Source: Firmicutes bacterium HGW-Firmicutes-3
GTDB lineage: Bacteria > Bacillota > Clostridia > Lachnospirales > Vallitaleaceae
Length of the DNA stretch: 64,000 nucleotides
Reading direction: 5' to 3'
Assembly (NCBI GenBank): GCA_002841435.1
Contig: PGZS01000001.1
Span: forward strand, 5,328-69,327
Positions 38,916 through 50,104 of the stretch are shown one piece after another. Under the pieces are notes generated by a model. It saw only the letters and a program-made list of their open reading frames with translations. It did not search any database and had not been told where the DNA came from. Positions within the stretch are counted from its first letter, which is position 1; each line of letters starts with the position of its first letter. The position numbers and the translations under genes were made by a program.

Positions 38916-39590
38916 TTAGTTTTGACCCTTTAACCATTGATTAACCACGAGATCAAATGTCATTTTTTCAGTATTTTCAAATATAATATCTGCACCGATG
39001 AGTTCAGATTTCTTTCCGATACCTACTGCAAACATATTTGCTGCTTTAATAGCTTCTATTCCTGCTTGAGCATCTTCAATGCCAATACATTCTGTACTTT
39101 CAAAACCAAACCCGTGCATTACATCTAAAAAAACATCCGGAGCCGGTTTTGAATTCGGAATTTTAGTAGCGTCCGCAATATAATCAAAGTAGTGCCTTAT
39201 GCCAAGTCTATCTATGACCTCAAAAGCATTCTCGCTGGCAGAGGCCAAACCTATTTTGATGTTTTTATTCCTCAGGCTTTGTAAGAGCGACAAAATATTA
39301 GGTAATACATCCTCTTTGGTTATTTTTGAAACCAGATCTACATAAGCTTTGTTCTTTTCATTTGCCAGCCTAACTTTTTCCTCATTTGTATATACATCTG
39401 CTTTATTGCCATAAGTTAATATACGTTCTAGCGAACCCATACGACTAACACCTTTTAGTGTCTCATTGAATGAACGGTCAAAATCAATGCCCAACGCTTC
39501 CCCTAAAATTCTCCAAGCCATAAAATGACATTCTGCAGTGTCTGTTATGACACCATCCAAATCAAAAATAAATGCTTTCGGTAATAACAT
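38916..39590 (-). CDS. pgmB: Beta-phosphoglucomutase
   Basis: HAD motif FDLDGVITDTA, LKGVSR, KPAPDVF and IEDAQAG. Confidence 0.93.
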   Translation of the reverse strand: MLLPKAFIFDLDGVITDTAECHFMAWRILGEALGIDFDRSFNETLKGVSRMGSLERILTYGNKADVYTNEEKVRLANEKNKAYVDLVSKITKEDVLPNILSLLQSLRNKNIKIGLASASENAFEVIDRLGIRHYFDYIADATKIPNSKPAPDVFLDVMHGFGFESTECIGIEDAQAGIEAIKAANMFAVGIGKKSELIGADIIFENTEKMTFDLVVNQWLKGQN

Positions 39591-39626
39591 ATATAATCCT
39601 CTCTTTACTATAACGCATTATAATTC

Positions 39627-40454
39627 TTATTTGTCCCCATCCATTCTTATACCTTTCATAAAATATTTATTCAGTACTATATAGATTATCAATATTGGAA
39701 CGAGCGAAATAACACTCGCAGCCATAACGTGATCCCATTGGGTAATACCCCCATATCGACTCATCATAGATTGAATACCAACCGTCAATGTATATTTAGA
39801 AGGGGTTGATAAATATAATTTCGGTCTTATAAATTCATTCCAAAAACCTAAGAAAATAAAAACGCCCTGAGTGGCCAAAGCTGTTTTAGCTAACGGTAAC
39901 GCAATTTTGAAGAATATACCAATACGCCCTAACCCGTCTATAGAAGCTGCTTCTTCCAGACTTTTTGGGAAATTAATATAGAACTGTCGCATCATAAAAA
40001 TATAAGTCGCATTAATAGCAGACGGGAAAAGAATAGCAGCGTATGAGTCCAATAATCCCAAAGATTTTATGATGATATAGTTTGGAATCAACAACACTTG
40101 ACTTGGTATCATAATTGTAACCAGAATTAGATTAAAAATAAGATTTCTACCCCTATATTCTAACCTTGCCAAAGAATAACCTGCCAGAGAATTCAAAAAT
40201 ACATTTATGACTGTACCTAGTGTACATATAAAAAATGAATTTCTAATCCACCCCAAAAAGTTGTCATCCATAAGAAATAATGCTTTAAAAGCAGCTAAAG
40301 TTGGTTCTTTGGGCAGTAAGTTCAATGCGCCTTCTGTAATCTCTTTATATGGCTTAAAGGATGCAAATAGCGCCCATAAAAATGGGTATAATGTTATCCC
40401 AGCATATGTTATAAGCAGAAGGTAAAGAAATACTTTAAATATTTTTTTCTTCAT
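39627..40454 (-). CDS. Carbohydrate ABC permease (MalG type)
   Basis: EAA loop LEEAASIDG; six TM helices. Confidence 0.92.
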   Translation of the reverse strand: MKKKIFKVFLYLLLITYAGITLYPFLWALFASFKPYKEITEGALNLLPKEPTLAAFKALFLMDDNFLGWIRNSFFICTLGTVINVFLNSLAGYSLARLEYRGRNLIFNLILVTIMIPSQVLLIPNYIIIKSLGLLDSYAAILFPSAINATYIFMMRQFYINFPKSLEEAASIDGLGRIGIFFKIALPLAKTALATQGVFIFLGFWNEFIRPKLYLSTPSKYTLTVGIQSMMSRYGGITQWDHVMAASVISLVPILIIYIVLNKYFMKGIRMDGDK

Positions 40455-40468
40455 ATTTTCCTTCCCTC

Positions 40469-41356
40469 CTAATATAATGTATCTGATTTATTAAGCTTTT
40501 GTGCAATGAGTGATACAACCAATATAAGAAGTGCAAGAACAAGTGCGATTGCAGCTGCAAATCCCATGGTGCTATTTTGACCAAAGGCATATCTATAACT
40601 CAGTAGCGCCACCGTTAATGTTGAATTTTCAGGCCCTCCCGAACCATTTGAAAAGATATATGCTTGATCAAACATCTGAAAAGTACCAATAATACCCATA
40701 AGTAAAACAAATGTAGTTATGGGTTTAAGCTGTGGAATTGTAATTTTGAAAAACTGCTGAACATTTGTAGCCCCATCCACTCTCGCTGCCTCATAAATGG
40801 CTTCAGGAACTTCTTGTAAGGCCGCTAAATAAATCACCATAAAGAAAGGTACAGTTGACCAAATATTCATTGACATAATAACCTTTAGAGCAACTTTTGC
40901 ATCATTCAAAAAATTGATGGGTTCATTTATAATGTTTAATTGAAGTGCTATTTGGTTAATCGGTCCATATAAACTAAATAAAAACATAAAAATCATTGTG
41001 AGGGCCGCGCTAGAGGTCAATGTTGGCAAAAAATATGCAATCCTAAAAACTTTTACACCTTTTATTTTAGCATTGAGTACCGAGGCCATGACCATCGCCA
41101 AAAAAGTTTGAATGGGTACCACAACAGCAACAAAACTCAGCGTGTTCTTAAAGGCTATTAGAACCTTCGTATCATTAAATAGTCTTTTATAATTATCCAA
41201 TCCAATGAATTCATAATACCCCGTAAAAAGATTCACTCTGTGAAATGATATATATATTGTAAAAATAATTGAGCCTATAACAAAAATAGAAATGACAATC
41301 AGTGCAGGTGATATAAATGACCAGCCCTGTAGGGCTTCCAGTTTTTTCCTATTCAT
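40469..41356 (-). CDS. Carbohydrate ABC permease (MalF type)
   Basis: YEAARVDGA...ITIPQLKP motif. Start re-placed to 41356 (GGAAGG RBS). Confidence 0.92.
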   Translation of the reverse strand: MNRKKLEALQGWSFISPALIVISIFVIGSIIFTIYISFHRVNLFTGYYEFIGLDNYKRLFNDTKVLIAFKNTLSFVAVVVPIQTFLAMVMASVLNAKIKGVKVFRIAYFLPTLTSSAALTMIFMFLFSLYGPINQIALQLNIINEPINFLNDAKVALKVIMSMNIWSTVPFFMVIYLAALQEVPEAIYEAARVDGATNVQQFFKITIPQLKPITTFVLLMGIIGTFQMFDQAYIFSNGSGGPENSTLTVALLSYRYAFGQNSTMGFAAAIALVLALLILVVSLIAQKLNKSDTLY

Positions 41357-41376
41357 AACCCAGCCTTCCTTCTTAG

Positions 41377-41409
41377 TAAGGTTCTCCATAACACGACTGG
41401 AGAACCTTA
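41377..41409. other. Intercistronic 12-bp stem-loop between the SBP and permease genes
   Basis: TAAGGTTCTCCA / TGGAGAACCTTA; position is typical of an mRNA-stabilising or partial-termination hairpin. Confidence 0.6.
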
Positions 41410-41451
41410 AAAATATTTACTCAACTTCCCTAGATGAATTATAAATGACTA

Positions 41452-42693
41452 TTAATTATTTGCCTCAATGGTTTTATTCGCTTCATCTTCTGCTATCTTC
41501 AAAGCCGCTTCCAAACTACGTTCTCCAGATATAACAGATGGTACATAGTTTTGAAATTCAACATTAATCGTGTCCATTGTCGTACCTTTTTGCCATGGTA
41601 TTGCATAAACAGCACCTGCAATATGAGGCATCTTAAGGGGTTCCTTTTCAACATTTGTAGCTGTGGTCACATCCATTCTTGAAGGTAATACCCCTGCACC
41701 CATACACCAAGTCGCCATACCTTCCGCACCCGTCATATACTTGACAAATTCTTTAGACGCATCGGCTTCTTTTGTCACCATATTAATACCATATCCTACA
41801 GTAAATACCATCGTACCTTTTTCGCCTTTTACTGTCGGAAGCTCAAGAACACCAAAATCTACATCCGGAAAATTTGTTTGCAAATGACCCAAAACCCAGT
41901 TTCCCTCTATCATAATAGCTGTTTTAAGATTGCCAAATGCATCCCCATTCCAGCCTTGTCCCAAATCTGCCGGTGTTACTATTTTCTTAGCTACTGCTGC
42001 ATCATACTCAAGCTTAAGATTTTCAACAACCCTTGGATCACTCAGATTGGATAAATTACCTTCCTTAACAATTTCCACTCCACCGGCTTGAGCCATAAAC
42101 ATACTTCTGGCCAAGTCTTGATTATAAGTCATTGCAACCATGTCCTTAGGCAAACCCGTTGCCAGATTGATAAGAAAATCCCCACCCAGGAGTTCTTCCA
42201 TGGTTATAGGAATGTCACTTTCATTAACGTATGCTTTATTATAATAAAGTGCTAATGTTGAATAGTCTTTGCTGGCTGCATAATACTCTCCATCACTTAA
42301 GAATGCATTTTTTAGAGGTTCATAAAATTGATCCAAATCAAATTCTTGCTCATCAAGTGGCATCAAAACGCCTTGTTGAATATAGAATGGCGCCATATAC
42401 GCATCTACATAGAACACATCCGGTGCAGTACCACCAATCATTTCTGCTTGTAATTCAGTGTTATAATCTGAATATACTTTTTCAGTAACTTTTATACCTG
42501 TTGCTGTTGTAAAATCATTAACCGCCTTGGTAAAAGCTGCCGTTTCCGAATCATTTCCTCCCCATCTTCCCACAACAACCGTCTTCCCCATTAATTCTTG
42601 TGCTGTGCCATCATTCACTTCCTTTTTACCACACCCCACAAACATACCAACCGCCAACATCAGAATCATTAAAACCGGTAACAATCTTTTCAT
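41452..42693 (-). CDS. Carbohydrate ABC substrate-binding lipoprotein (CUT1)
   Basis: Lipobox FVGC, APDVFY, LYYNK and IMIEGNW motifs. Confidence 0.9.
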   Translation of the reverse strand: MKRLLPVLMILMLAVGMFVGCGKKEVNDGTAQELMGKTVVVGRWGGNDSETAAFTKAVNDFTTATGIKVTEKVYSDYNTELQAEMIGGTAPDVFYVDAYMAPFYIQQGVLMPLDEQEFDLDQFYEPLKNAFLSDGEYYAASKDYSTLALYYNKAYVNESDIPITMEELLGGDFLINLATGLPKDMVAMTYNQDLARSMFMAQAGGVEIVKEGNLSNLSDPRVVENLKLEYDAAVAKKIVTPADLGQGWNGDAFGNLKTAIMIEGNWVLGHLQTNFPDVDFGVLELPTVKGEKGTMVFTVGYGINMVTKEADASKEFVKYMTGAEGMATWCMGAGVLPSRMDVTTATNVEKEPLKMPHIAGAVYAIPWQKGTTMDTINVEFQNYVPSVISGERSLEAALKIAEDEANKTIEANN

Positions 42694-42769
42694 TTTAAAC
42701 TTCCTCCTTCATATTATATTATAACGTATACTGACCTCGTGTTTTTGCACAAATCAGTCACAATTACAA

Positions 42770-45106
42770 TTAGTTGTACGAAACAGCTACAGTGTCCACC
42801 AACGAAATGGTTTCATGATAAATCTTTATATCAATTGACCGATTCATCTGTGTCAATTTGTCAACTCTGACAGAAATCCGGTCTATAGTAATTAGAAGTC
42901 GATCACCTTTAAAATACATTGGAAAAGATATTTTTTTCCATGACCGAGGTAAATTCGGCTCAATTTTCAGTATTCCATCCGCCACACGTATACCACCAAA
43001 ACCATTCACCACACATTGCCATAATCCTCCTAAGGATGCAGCATGAATGCCATGATTACTTGACATTTTATCCGGACCCAAATCAATTTGTGCGGTTTTC
43101 AAAAACAGTTCATAAGCCCATTCTATTTCATTCAATTTGCTGGCAAAAATACAATGGGTTGCTAAGCTCAAAGAAGAATCATGCAAAGTTCTTGGTTCAT
43201 AATATGCCCAATTGGCTTTTTTTACATGATCATCAAATAAGTCCTCCAATAGATATAACAACAACAACACATCTGCTTGCTTTGATACTTGAAGTTCATT
43301 GACTCTTTCCAAATTATAGTCTTTAAATATTGATCCAACCTGCTCTTGGTTTTTGTATTTGGATAAATCAATGCTCTCTTTCGTTAAATATGTATCGTCT
43401 TGAGGTACAATAAGATTTGAATCTGGACAGGGTAGGTAAATTTTGTCGATTTGTACAACCCATTGTTTATAAGCTTGATTAAGCTCTAGTTTGTTGTTCA
43501 ATCGGTTAAATACCTCCGGCTTTTTTATTTTTATCAATTCATAATAAACCATTGCATTTTTCAGCGTCCAGTGAGCCATATAATTAACAAAAGCATTATT
43601 ATTGACATGTTCTTTGTATTCATCAGGTCCAACAACATCATTGATGTAGTATACTTTTTCTTCCTCTGACCACTCTAATCGAGATGACCAAAAAAGAGCT
43701 GTATCCATAAACAATTCGTAACCATATTTTTCCATATAATCTTCGTCATTGGTCATTTGATAATAGTGCCAAACGGCATATGAAACGTCCGAAGTAATGT
43801 GTTGTTCAATAAAACCCGACCATATTTTTGTTGGCATGCCTGTAACAATATCTGCCGCACCCCATTCCGGTGTAACCTCACCATCTTCAAGCCAAGCGGA
43901 CTCCCAGGGAAACATCGCGCCTTTAAAGCCATTCTCTTTTGCTTTTTTATGTGCACCCGGCAGAGATAGATACCGATATTCCAACAAGGATCTGGCAATT
44001 TGAGGATCTGTATAAATAAAAAAGGGTAGAATGAATATCTCCGTATCCCAAAAAGTATGCCCTTTGTATCCTTCACCTGTCAAACCTTTTGCACCTATAC
44101 TCATTCTTTTGTCGTGGGCCGGTGTCATAATGGTTAGGTGATAAATGGCAAATCGTAGGGCAAGTTGGTCAAAACCTTGTGGGCAATCAATAATAATATC
44201 ATACTTTTGCCATATCTTTTCATCCCAGGAAACGGCACTTTCTTGATACAATTTTTCATATCCTTTTTCCGATACACTTTTGATATGTTTGCTAGAACGC
44301 TTTTTTAGTACCTCTAAGTCAACGCCCTCATTTTCCAATTCTCGAGAACAATAAATATTAGATATTTTTTCAATTCTTAAAGTTTTATCTTTAGGTATTT
44401 CAACGTTAAAATCTAACATAATTTTTCTGCGTTCCATACGGATTAGAGCACTGGCGTCAAAATGTAACTCATCCATATAAAAGTTATGTACCGTGCTTAG
44501 TACCAAATGTATCTTAGATTGTGTTGTCGTTTGCACCATTTGTAAAACCCTGCCGTCATACAATCTTTTATCACCTTCTAAAAAATGTTGTACCCCTGAA
44601 TTTGTAACTTGTCCGTTTATACCGGATGCTATTTTTGCAGTTGCTGTAGCATCTAATGGTTTTATTTCCACACTTTGAGCCATGAGATTTTTATCGTTTA
44701 AAGAGATAAATCTCCTGAACATTAAGAAAAATCTTTCCCCGGTGGGCAAATGCCAGGTAACTTCTCTTGTCAGTTCTCCTGTTCTTAGATTTAAAGCTTT
44801 GGTATAACCTTCTATTTTACCTTTTGTTAAGTCTAGCTTATAGCCATTGAGCTCGATATCCATTTGTATCAAGTCTGCACAATTAGGTAGTTCGGTTACT
44901 TCGTTTTCCTCAAATTTGTTAAAGGTACCTGCAATAAAAGTATTTCTTACTTCTCCTACATAGGTTTCTTCTGTTGTAGAACGCATACCCATGTAACCAT
45001 TACCTTGGGCAGCTGTCACTTCACTCTTACCAAGAAAAGCGGGGTCGAAATCATCTTCAGCTACAATCCAGTTCTCATATAAGCCTTTTCCTTTGTCATA
45101 TTTCAT
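42770..45106 (-). CDS. GH65 inverting alpha-glucoside phosphorylase (kojibiose phosphorylase KojP/YcjT-like)
   Basis: GNGYMGMR, GLTGEGYKGHTFWDTE, GPDEY, KQADV and HDSSLS motifs; next to pgmB. Start re-placed to 45106. Confidence 0.88.
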   Translation of the reverse strand: MKYDKGKGLYENWIVAEDDFDPAFLGKSEVTAAQGNGYMGMRSTTEETYVGEVRNTFIAGTFNKFEENEVTELPNCADLIQMDIELNGYKLDLTKGKIEGYTKALNLRTGELTREVTWHLPTGERFFLMFRRFISLNDKNLMAQSVEIKPLDATATAKIASGINGQVTNSGVQHFLEGDKRLYDGRVLQMVQTTTQSKIHLVLSTVHNFYMDELHFDASALIRMERRKIMLDFNVEIPKDKTLRIEKISNIYCSRELENEGVDLEVLKKRSSKHIKSVSEKGYEKLYQESAVSWDEKIWQKYDIIIDCPQGFDQLALRFAIYHLTIMTPAHDKRMSIGAKGLTGEGYKGHTFWDTEIFILPFFIYTDPQIARSLLEYRYLSLPGAHKKAKENGFKGAMFPWESAWLEDGEVTPEWGAADIVTGMPTKIWSGFIEQHITSDVSYAVWHYYQMTNDEDYMEKYGYELFMDTALFWSSRLEWSEEEKVYYINDVVGPDEYKEHVNNNAFVNYMAHWTLKNAMVYYELIKIKKPEVFNRLNNKLELNQAYKQWVVQIDKIYLPCPDSNLIVPQDDTYLTKESIDLSKYKNQEQVGSIFKDYNLERVNELQVSKQADVLLLLYLLEDLFDDHVKKANWAYYEPRTLHDSSLSLATHCIFASKLNEIEWAYELFLKTAQIDLGPDKMSSNHGIHAASLGGLWQCVVNGFGGIRVADGILKIEPNLPRSWKKISFPMYFKGDRLLITIDRISVRVDKLTQMNRSIDIKIYHETISLVDTVAVSYN

Positions 45107-45129
45107 AAGTCGGTCTCCAAGAAATTTTT

Positions 45130-45209
45130 TCCGAAACGTTTTGGTTGTAAGGCAAAAAAATATATTTTGTGTATAGTGCATACTTTTTAACTATCCGAAA
45201 CGTTTTGGT
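45130..45209. promoter_or_regulatory. Two identical LacI-type operators TCCGAAACGTTTTGGT
   Basis: Copies at 45130-45145 and 45194-45209; imperfect palindrome centred on CG, between the LacI and GH65 genes. Confidence 0.8.
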
Positions 45210-45216
45210 ATGTTTA

Positions 45217-46227
45217 TTATATCATGCGAACGCTATCTCTTGCAAGTATTTTATGCTCTAAATAAATATGTTTTTTTGCCACTTCATTTTGCATCATTTT
45301 TAACAACTGAATTGCTGCAGCTTCTCCCATCAAATAAAAGTCCTGATTAACCGTTGTTAATGCCGGTGTTGAGTATTCTGACAAAGGAATGTTATCAAAC
45401 CCTATAATAGATATATCCTCCGGTATTGATAGGTTCATATCTTTTATAGCTTTCATTGCACTAAGCGCCATCAAATCACTTGCGCAAAATAGAGCTGTAA
45501 TTTCAGGATGTCTACCTAACAATTCCTTGGCCATATCATAAGCCATGTCTTCCATAAAGTCAGCATATACCACATAATTTTCCGGTAATACAATACCCTT
45601 GTCATCCAGTGCTTCTTTGTAACCCTTATATCTTTCAATAGATACAGCCGCTGCTTTTCTTCCATTAATCATACCAATATGTTTGTGATTGTGATCAATT
45701 AAATATATTGTTGCTTCTTTTGCCGCTTGCTTATTATCAATTGAAACACTGCTTATATTTCTTCCTTCTTTTTCTAAATCAATCAATACACAAGGTAGTT
45801 CACTGTTAAGCAGTTCCTTAACATAAGGATCATCTGTTCGAATACCCGCTACAACCGCACCACCAATATTATGTTCATTACAAAATTGGACAAAAGACTT
45901 TTCTCTTTGGTGGGCAGAACTTGAAGTATAAAGTGCAACCTCATAGTTGACAGTTTCTGCATAACTATACATACCACTAAGCAAGCGGTAAACAATATTG
46001 TCTTTACCACCATTTCTCTCCAACTCGGTTAATATGATGCCTAAACGATTACTTTTTTTCATTACCAGTGATTGTGCTGCTCTATTAGGAATGTATCCAA
46101 TTTCTTTAGCTATATTAAAAATACGTTCTCTTGTTGCTTCATTTACATCATCGTAATTATTCAACGCTCTTGATACCGTTGTAATAGAAATACCTGCACG
46201 TTTCGCAATATCTTTTATCGTTACCAT
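45217..46227 (-). CDS. LacI family transcriptional regulator
   Basis: MVTIKDIAKRAGISITTVSRALN, YIPNRAAQSL and IPEDISIIGFDN. Confidence 0.95.
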   Translation of the reverse strand: MVTIKDIAKRAGISITTVSRALNNYDDVNEATRERIFNIAKEIGYIPNRAAQSLVMKKSNRLGIILTELERNGGKDNIVYRLLSGMYSYAETVNYEVALYTSSSAHQREKSFVQFCNEHNIGGAVVAGIRTDDPYVKELLNSELPCVLIDLEKEGRNISSVSIDNKQAAKEATIYLIDHNHKHIGMINGRKAAAVSIERYKGYKEALDDKGIVLPENYVVYADFMEDMAYDMAKELLGRHPEITALFCASDLMALSAMKAIKDMNLSIPEDISIIGFDNIPLSEYSTPALTTVNQDFYLMGEAAAIQLLKMMQNEVAKKHIYLEHKILARDSVRMI

Positions 46228-46367
46228 TACACACCTCTGTCTGTTTTTATTGTCAACTTCACTTCATTGTCTCTTGAACCAATCTACATCTTAACGCTTT
46301 GATTCTATCATAGATCTGTTCAAAAAGCAGTATAACAAAAACACTTCAATATCATACCTACTGTTTT

Positions 46368-47747
46368 CTAAGACGACTTTGCTTTTATACCCACCTTAAG
46401 ACCTTTGGCTTCAAGATCGGTAATAATAATCTCACCTTCTTCGACACCTTCTTCAATAACAGTACGTCCTGTTAATTCATAGCCAAGTATAACCGCCACC
46501 TCTTCTACCTTCCCGTTTCGAATGGCTAAGACCATGTCTTTGTCATCTTTTTTATATAAGGCACTGTTAGGTAGAATCAACTTATTCGGTTCATTAAAAA
46601 CAATAAATTTAACATCCACCTCATAGCCCGTCTCCAGATATTCGTTAACCTCAGGCTCAATGATAACCAGGACTTTTCGTTCTTCTATACCAAGAGGCGA
46701 TAGCTCAACCGTAGCGTTGTCCGCCACATAAGTGATTCTACCTGTTAATTCCACTTCACCGGAACGACGATTATAGATAAGCACAACTGCGTCCCCTTTG
46801 CGAACATATTCAATGTCTCTGGTATTCACCTTAACTTGTATCTCTCTTAATCCATCGCCTATGAGTAAGAAAGCCGGCTCCATGCCGCTTACACGATTGG
46901 TGCCATCTACCATGATATCACTGATATACCCATCATGTGGGGCTTTGATTTCCAATTCTTCCGCCTGAACTTTCAACCCCGTAAGACTCGCCCCTGCACT
47001 ATCAATCATAGACTGATAATAGGCTTCTGTGGTGGTTAGACGGTCTCTTTTTAACGTGGCATCTATACTGCTTATTTGAGCATGGATGGCACTTTTCATA
47101 CTATTATAATAATCCGCTCCTGAAACTTTTGATACCTGACTCATCTGATAATCCGCTTCTAATCCATTTACCATCGCTTTGAAATCATTTAATTCACTCT
47201 CGGAAATGATACCTTCTTCTAAAAGTAATCGCTGTTTTTCAAGATCAGCAAGACCTTGTTCATATCTTTCCTTACTTTGTGACACCAGCATTGCTTCTAA
47301 TGCTCTTTGATCCTCTGTACCGATTTCTGCCTCAAGTGCATTTAACTGGCCTACCAATTGAGCTCTGGTGAGTCTCATCGTGTCCATACTCACTTGAACA
47401 TCCACTTTGGCACCATTTTTTTGCGCCTGATAGCCTTTTATCATTTCTTCCTGAGCCAGAATTTGTTGGATTATCTGAGTGTTGTCCATACTTGCCAGCA
47501 CATCACCTGCGCTAACCTGATCCCCTCTTTTTACATGAATTTTTTTCACTTCACCTGCCATAGGAGGGTATAAGTACACTTCTTTGTTATTGACCACATG
47601 ACCTTTTTCAACAAAAAAAATCTCCGACTGATCCTTAGTCAATGTCATGGTCTCAATCGTTAAAGGCTGAAAATAAGCATATACGAAATAACCAATGACA
47701 AATAGAGCGACAAGTCCAATTCCGATGTGTTTAATATGTTTTTTCAT
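46368..47747 (-). CDS. Efflux membrane-fusion (HlyD/MacA-like) adaptor protein
   Basis: TM anchor, lipoyl halves (GEVKKIHVKRGDQV / IKAPHDGYI) and a long coiled coil. Confidence 0.85.
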   Translation of the reverse strand: MKKHIKHIGIGLVALFVIGYFVYAYFQPLTIETMTLTKDQSEIFFVEKGHVVNNKEVYLYPPMAGEVKKIHVKRGDQVSAGDVLASMDNTQIIQQILAQEEMIKGYQAQKNGAKVDVQVSMDTMRLTRAQLVGQLNALEAEIGTEDQRALEAMLVSQSKERYEQGLADLEKQRLLLEEGIISESELNDFKAMVNGLEADYQMSQVSKVSGADYYNSMKSAIHAQISSIDATLKRDRLTTTEAYYQSMIDSAGASLTGLKVQAEELEIKAPHDGYISDIMVDGTNRVSGMEPAFLLIGDGLREIQVKVNTRDIEYVRKGDAVVLIYNRRSGEVELTGRITYVADNATVELSPLGIEERKVLVIIEPEVNEYLETGYEVDVKFIVFNEPNKLILPNSALYKKDDKDMVLAIRNGKVEEVAVILGYELTGRTVIEEGVEEGEIIITDLEAKGLKVGIKAKSS

Positions 47748-50104
47748 TATTCTCTCTCCTTTAACACTTCAACTAAGTCTAGTTTTTTGATGGCTTTTAT
47801 CGATGTCAGATTGGCAAATGCCACAGCCAACATGCACCCCGCTGCGCCTATAAAAAATGCACTGGTTGGTATTGTTGACGGCCAAGAAAAGGCATCTACC
47901 TCGATGGCGTTAAGCAACCCTTGATTCAATACTCGAGCAAATGGTATGCCTAGTAGAATACCTATAAAGCATAGAATCCAATATTCAAAACTCATGATCT
48001 CCTTTACTTCTTTAATATGAAGGCCCAGAACCCTTAGAGTGGCGTACTCCCTACTTCGTTCAGATAAAGATATAACCGCTGTATTGTAAATAATGGTAAA
48101 TCCGATGATAACCGCAATAAACTGAAGAACCACAATGATGAAGTCATAAGAACCTAACAGGGTTTCATAGAGTTCTAGGGTCTTATCCTTGCTTTCCACT
48201 TTACTCACCGTCCCACTATATAAGAGTTCTTTTCTAATACCATCCATATCCCCGGACTGGACAATCAGACTGTTAAGTTTCATGTCTTGTCCGGTTAATT
48301 TCGACAAAAGGGATAAATCTATATAAGCGCTAGAACCGATACTTTGACTTACCACTTCCGTAACATATAGTTCCTGATCTTGAGACAAGTAAGGGCTAGA
48401 TAAGAAAACCCTATCACCTTTTTTCACTTCAAGTTTTTTTGCCAGTATACTACCTAATATAACACCATCTTTATTCAACTTCAAATTAAAGTGTCGCTCA
48501 TCATCATAGAGCTTATATAGATAGTTCCCTTCCTTAATCCCCACTAATTCTGTACCTGATTTCTTAAAGCCGTTGCTTATCATAACCGGCAGAGTTAGTA
48601 TACCTTCAACATAATTCACTTGTTCCATCGCCATGGCCGACTGAACACCCTGAGCATATGGTACGGATTCATTTAATACAATTTCTCCATCATACTTAAG
48701 CACATGGGTGAACTGATTATAAAACATCGTATCGACAAAACCATTCATCATGCCAATCATAACCATCATGCTATAGGAAAACACAATCCCCAGCACCACA
48801 AACCCAGACCTGATTTTATTTCGGGTAATATTCCTGACAGCCATAAACCCTCTGCTGTTTAAAATATACTTGAGAAAGGGTAACATATGAGTAATGTCCT
48901 TTTTTATTGGTCTTGGTGCTTTTGGGCGCATGGCTTCAGCCGGTTTAAGCTTCACCACATTTTTCGCACCAAAGTAGGCACCCACACTACCACCAATAAT
49001 CGACATAAAACCGCCTACATAATAATATCGATAATCCGTCACTACGGTACCTATGGGGATTTTGTAATAATCCAAATAAAACTGTATATAAGGTCCGATG
49101 CTTGCCATACTAATGAGTATGCCGACTATGGTACCTATAAGACCGGTTACAAATCCATAGAAAATATAATGATATAAAATGGTAGTATTGGCGTAACCAA
49201 AGGCCTTTAGGGTTCCAATCTGTGTCCGATCTTGCTCAATAATACGTTTGAGCATAAGGTATAAAACCACCGCCGCCATGGCAACAAAAGTCATGGGCAA
49301 AGTGGTGGACATGGACCTTCCGCTTGATATTTCTTCTTCTAACATCAAATAACTAAAAAGATCGTCCCGCTCATACAGCTCAATCAAACCATATTTTTTT
49401 AAAGCATGTTCCAGTTCGTCTTTGACATCATCATAGTCATAGCCTTCCTCGAAGGAAAAAGATAAGTCATTGTAAAGACCTTCCATACCTAGAAGACTCA
49501 TAAGAACCACTTCATCCATATACGCTATATTATATTTTGTTGTATCCGAAAAAAATTCATTTATATTTTCAACTATATAAACATACTCAGGAGAATAAAT
49601 AGATCCCTGTACGGTAAAATCATAAGTTCTTTGCCTGATAATTAAGGTTACACGATCACCCGGTACAAAGTCATAAGCCTGATAAAAATCATGACCAATC
49701 AGAATATCTTCAATAGAGCTTAGATCATTTCCATCTCTAACATAGGCATTAAGCCTTCTATTATTGGTGTCCATGATTGTCGAAATGGTTTTTAATTTTA
49801 TAACATCATCAGGATAATCTGGCATTATAACCCGAAAAGTCTCTACAACTCTGCCATCAACCTGAGCAATACCCTCTATAGCTTCAAGGTAAGTCAATGC
49901 TGTTTTGGGAATCTGAGCAACACTGGCAAATGCATCTCCCAGACGTTGTTCTTTATAATAACCGTCTTTTCCCTTTTCAATCTCCAATAAGGCGGTGTTC
50001 ATGGTGGCATAGGTCCATACACCTAAAGCCATCAATACAATACAGGAGATATATGCTTTCTTATGCCGCAACATGGAACGAATGGCTTTCTTAAATAGAA
50101 TCAC
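47747..50104 (-). CDS. FtsX/MacB-type ABC exporter permease (duplicated FtsX domains)
   Basis: RTQIGTLKAFG and ERSREYATLRVLG motifs. Confidence 0.9.
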   Translation of the reverse strand: MILFKKAIRSMLRHKKAYISCIVLMALGVWTYATMNTALLEIEKGKDGYYKEQRLGDAFASVAQIPKTALTYLEAIEGIAQVDGRVVETFRVIMPDYPDDVIKLKTISTIMDTNNRRLNAYVRDGNDLSSIEDILIGHDFYQAYDFVPGDRVTLIIRQRTYDFTVQGSIYSPEYVYIVENINEFFSDTTKYNIAYMDEVVLMSLLGMEGLYNDLSFSFEEGYDYDDVKDELEHALKKYGLIELYERDDLFSYLMLEEEISSGRSMSTTLPMTFVAMAAVVLYLMLKRIIEQDRTQIGTLKAFGYANTTILYHYIFYGFVTGLIGTIVGILISMASIGPYIQFYLDYYKIPIGTVVTDYRYYYVGGFMSIIGGSVGAYFGAKNVVKLKPAEAMRPKAPRPIKKDITHMLPFLKYILNSRGFMAVRNITRNKIRSGFVVLGIVFSYSMMVMIGMMNGFVDTMFYNQFTHVLKYDGEIVLNESVPYAQGVQSAMAMEQVNYVEGILTLPVMISNGFKKSGTELVGIKEGNYLYKLYDDERHFNLKLNKDGVILGSILAKKLEVKKGDRVFLSSPYLSQDQELYVTEVVSQSIGSSAYIDLSLLSKLTGQDMKLNSLIVQSGDMDGIRKELLYSGTVSKVESKDKTLELYETLLGSYDFIIVVLQFIAVIIGFTIIYNTAVISLSERSREYATLRVLGLHIKEVKEIMSFEYWILCFIGILLGIPFARVLNQGLLNAIEVDAFSWPSTIPTSAFFIGAAGCMLAVAFANLTSIKAIKKLDLVEVLKERE

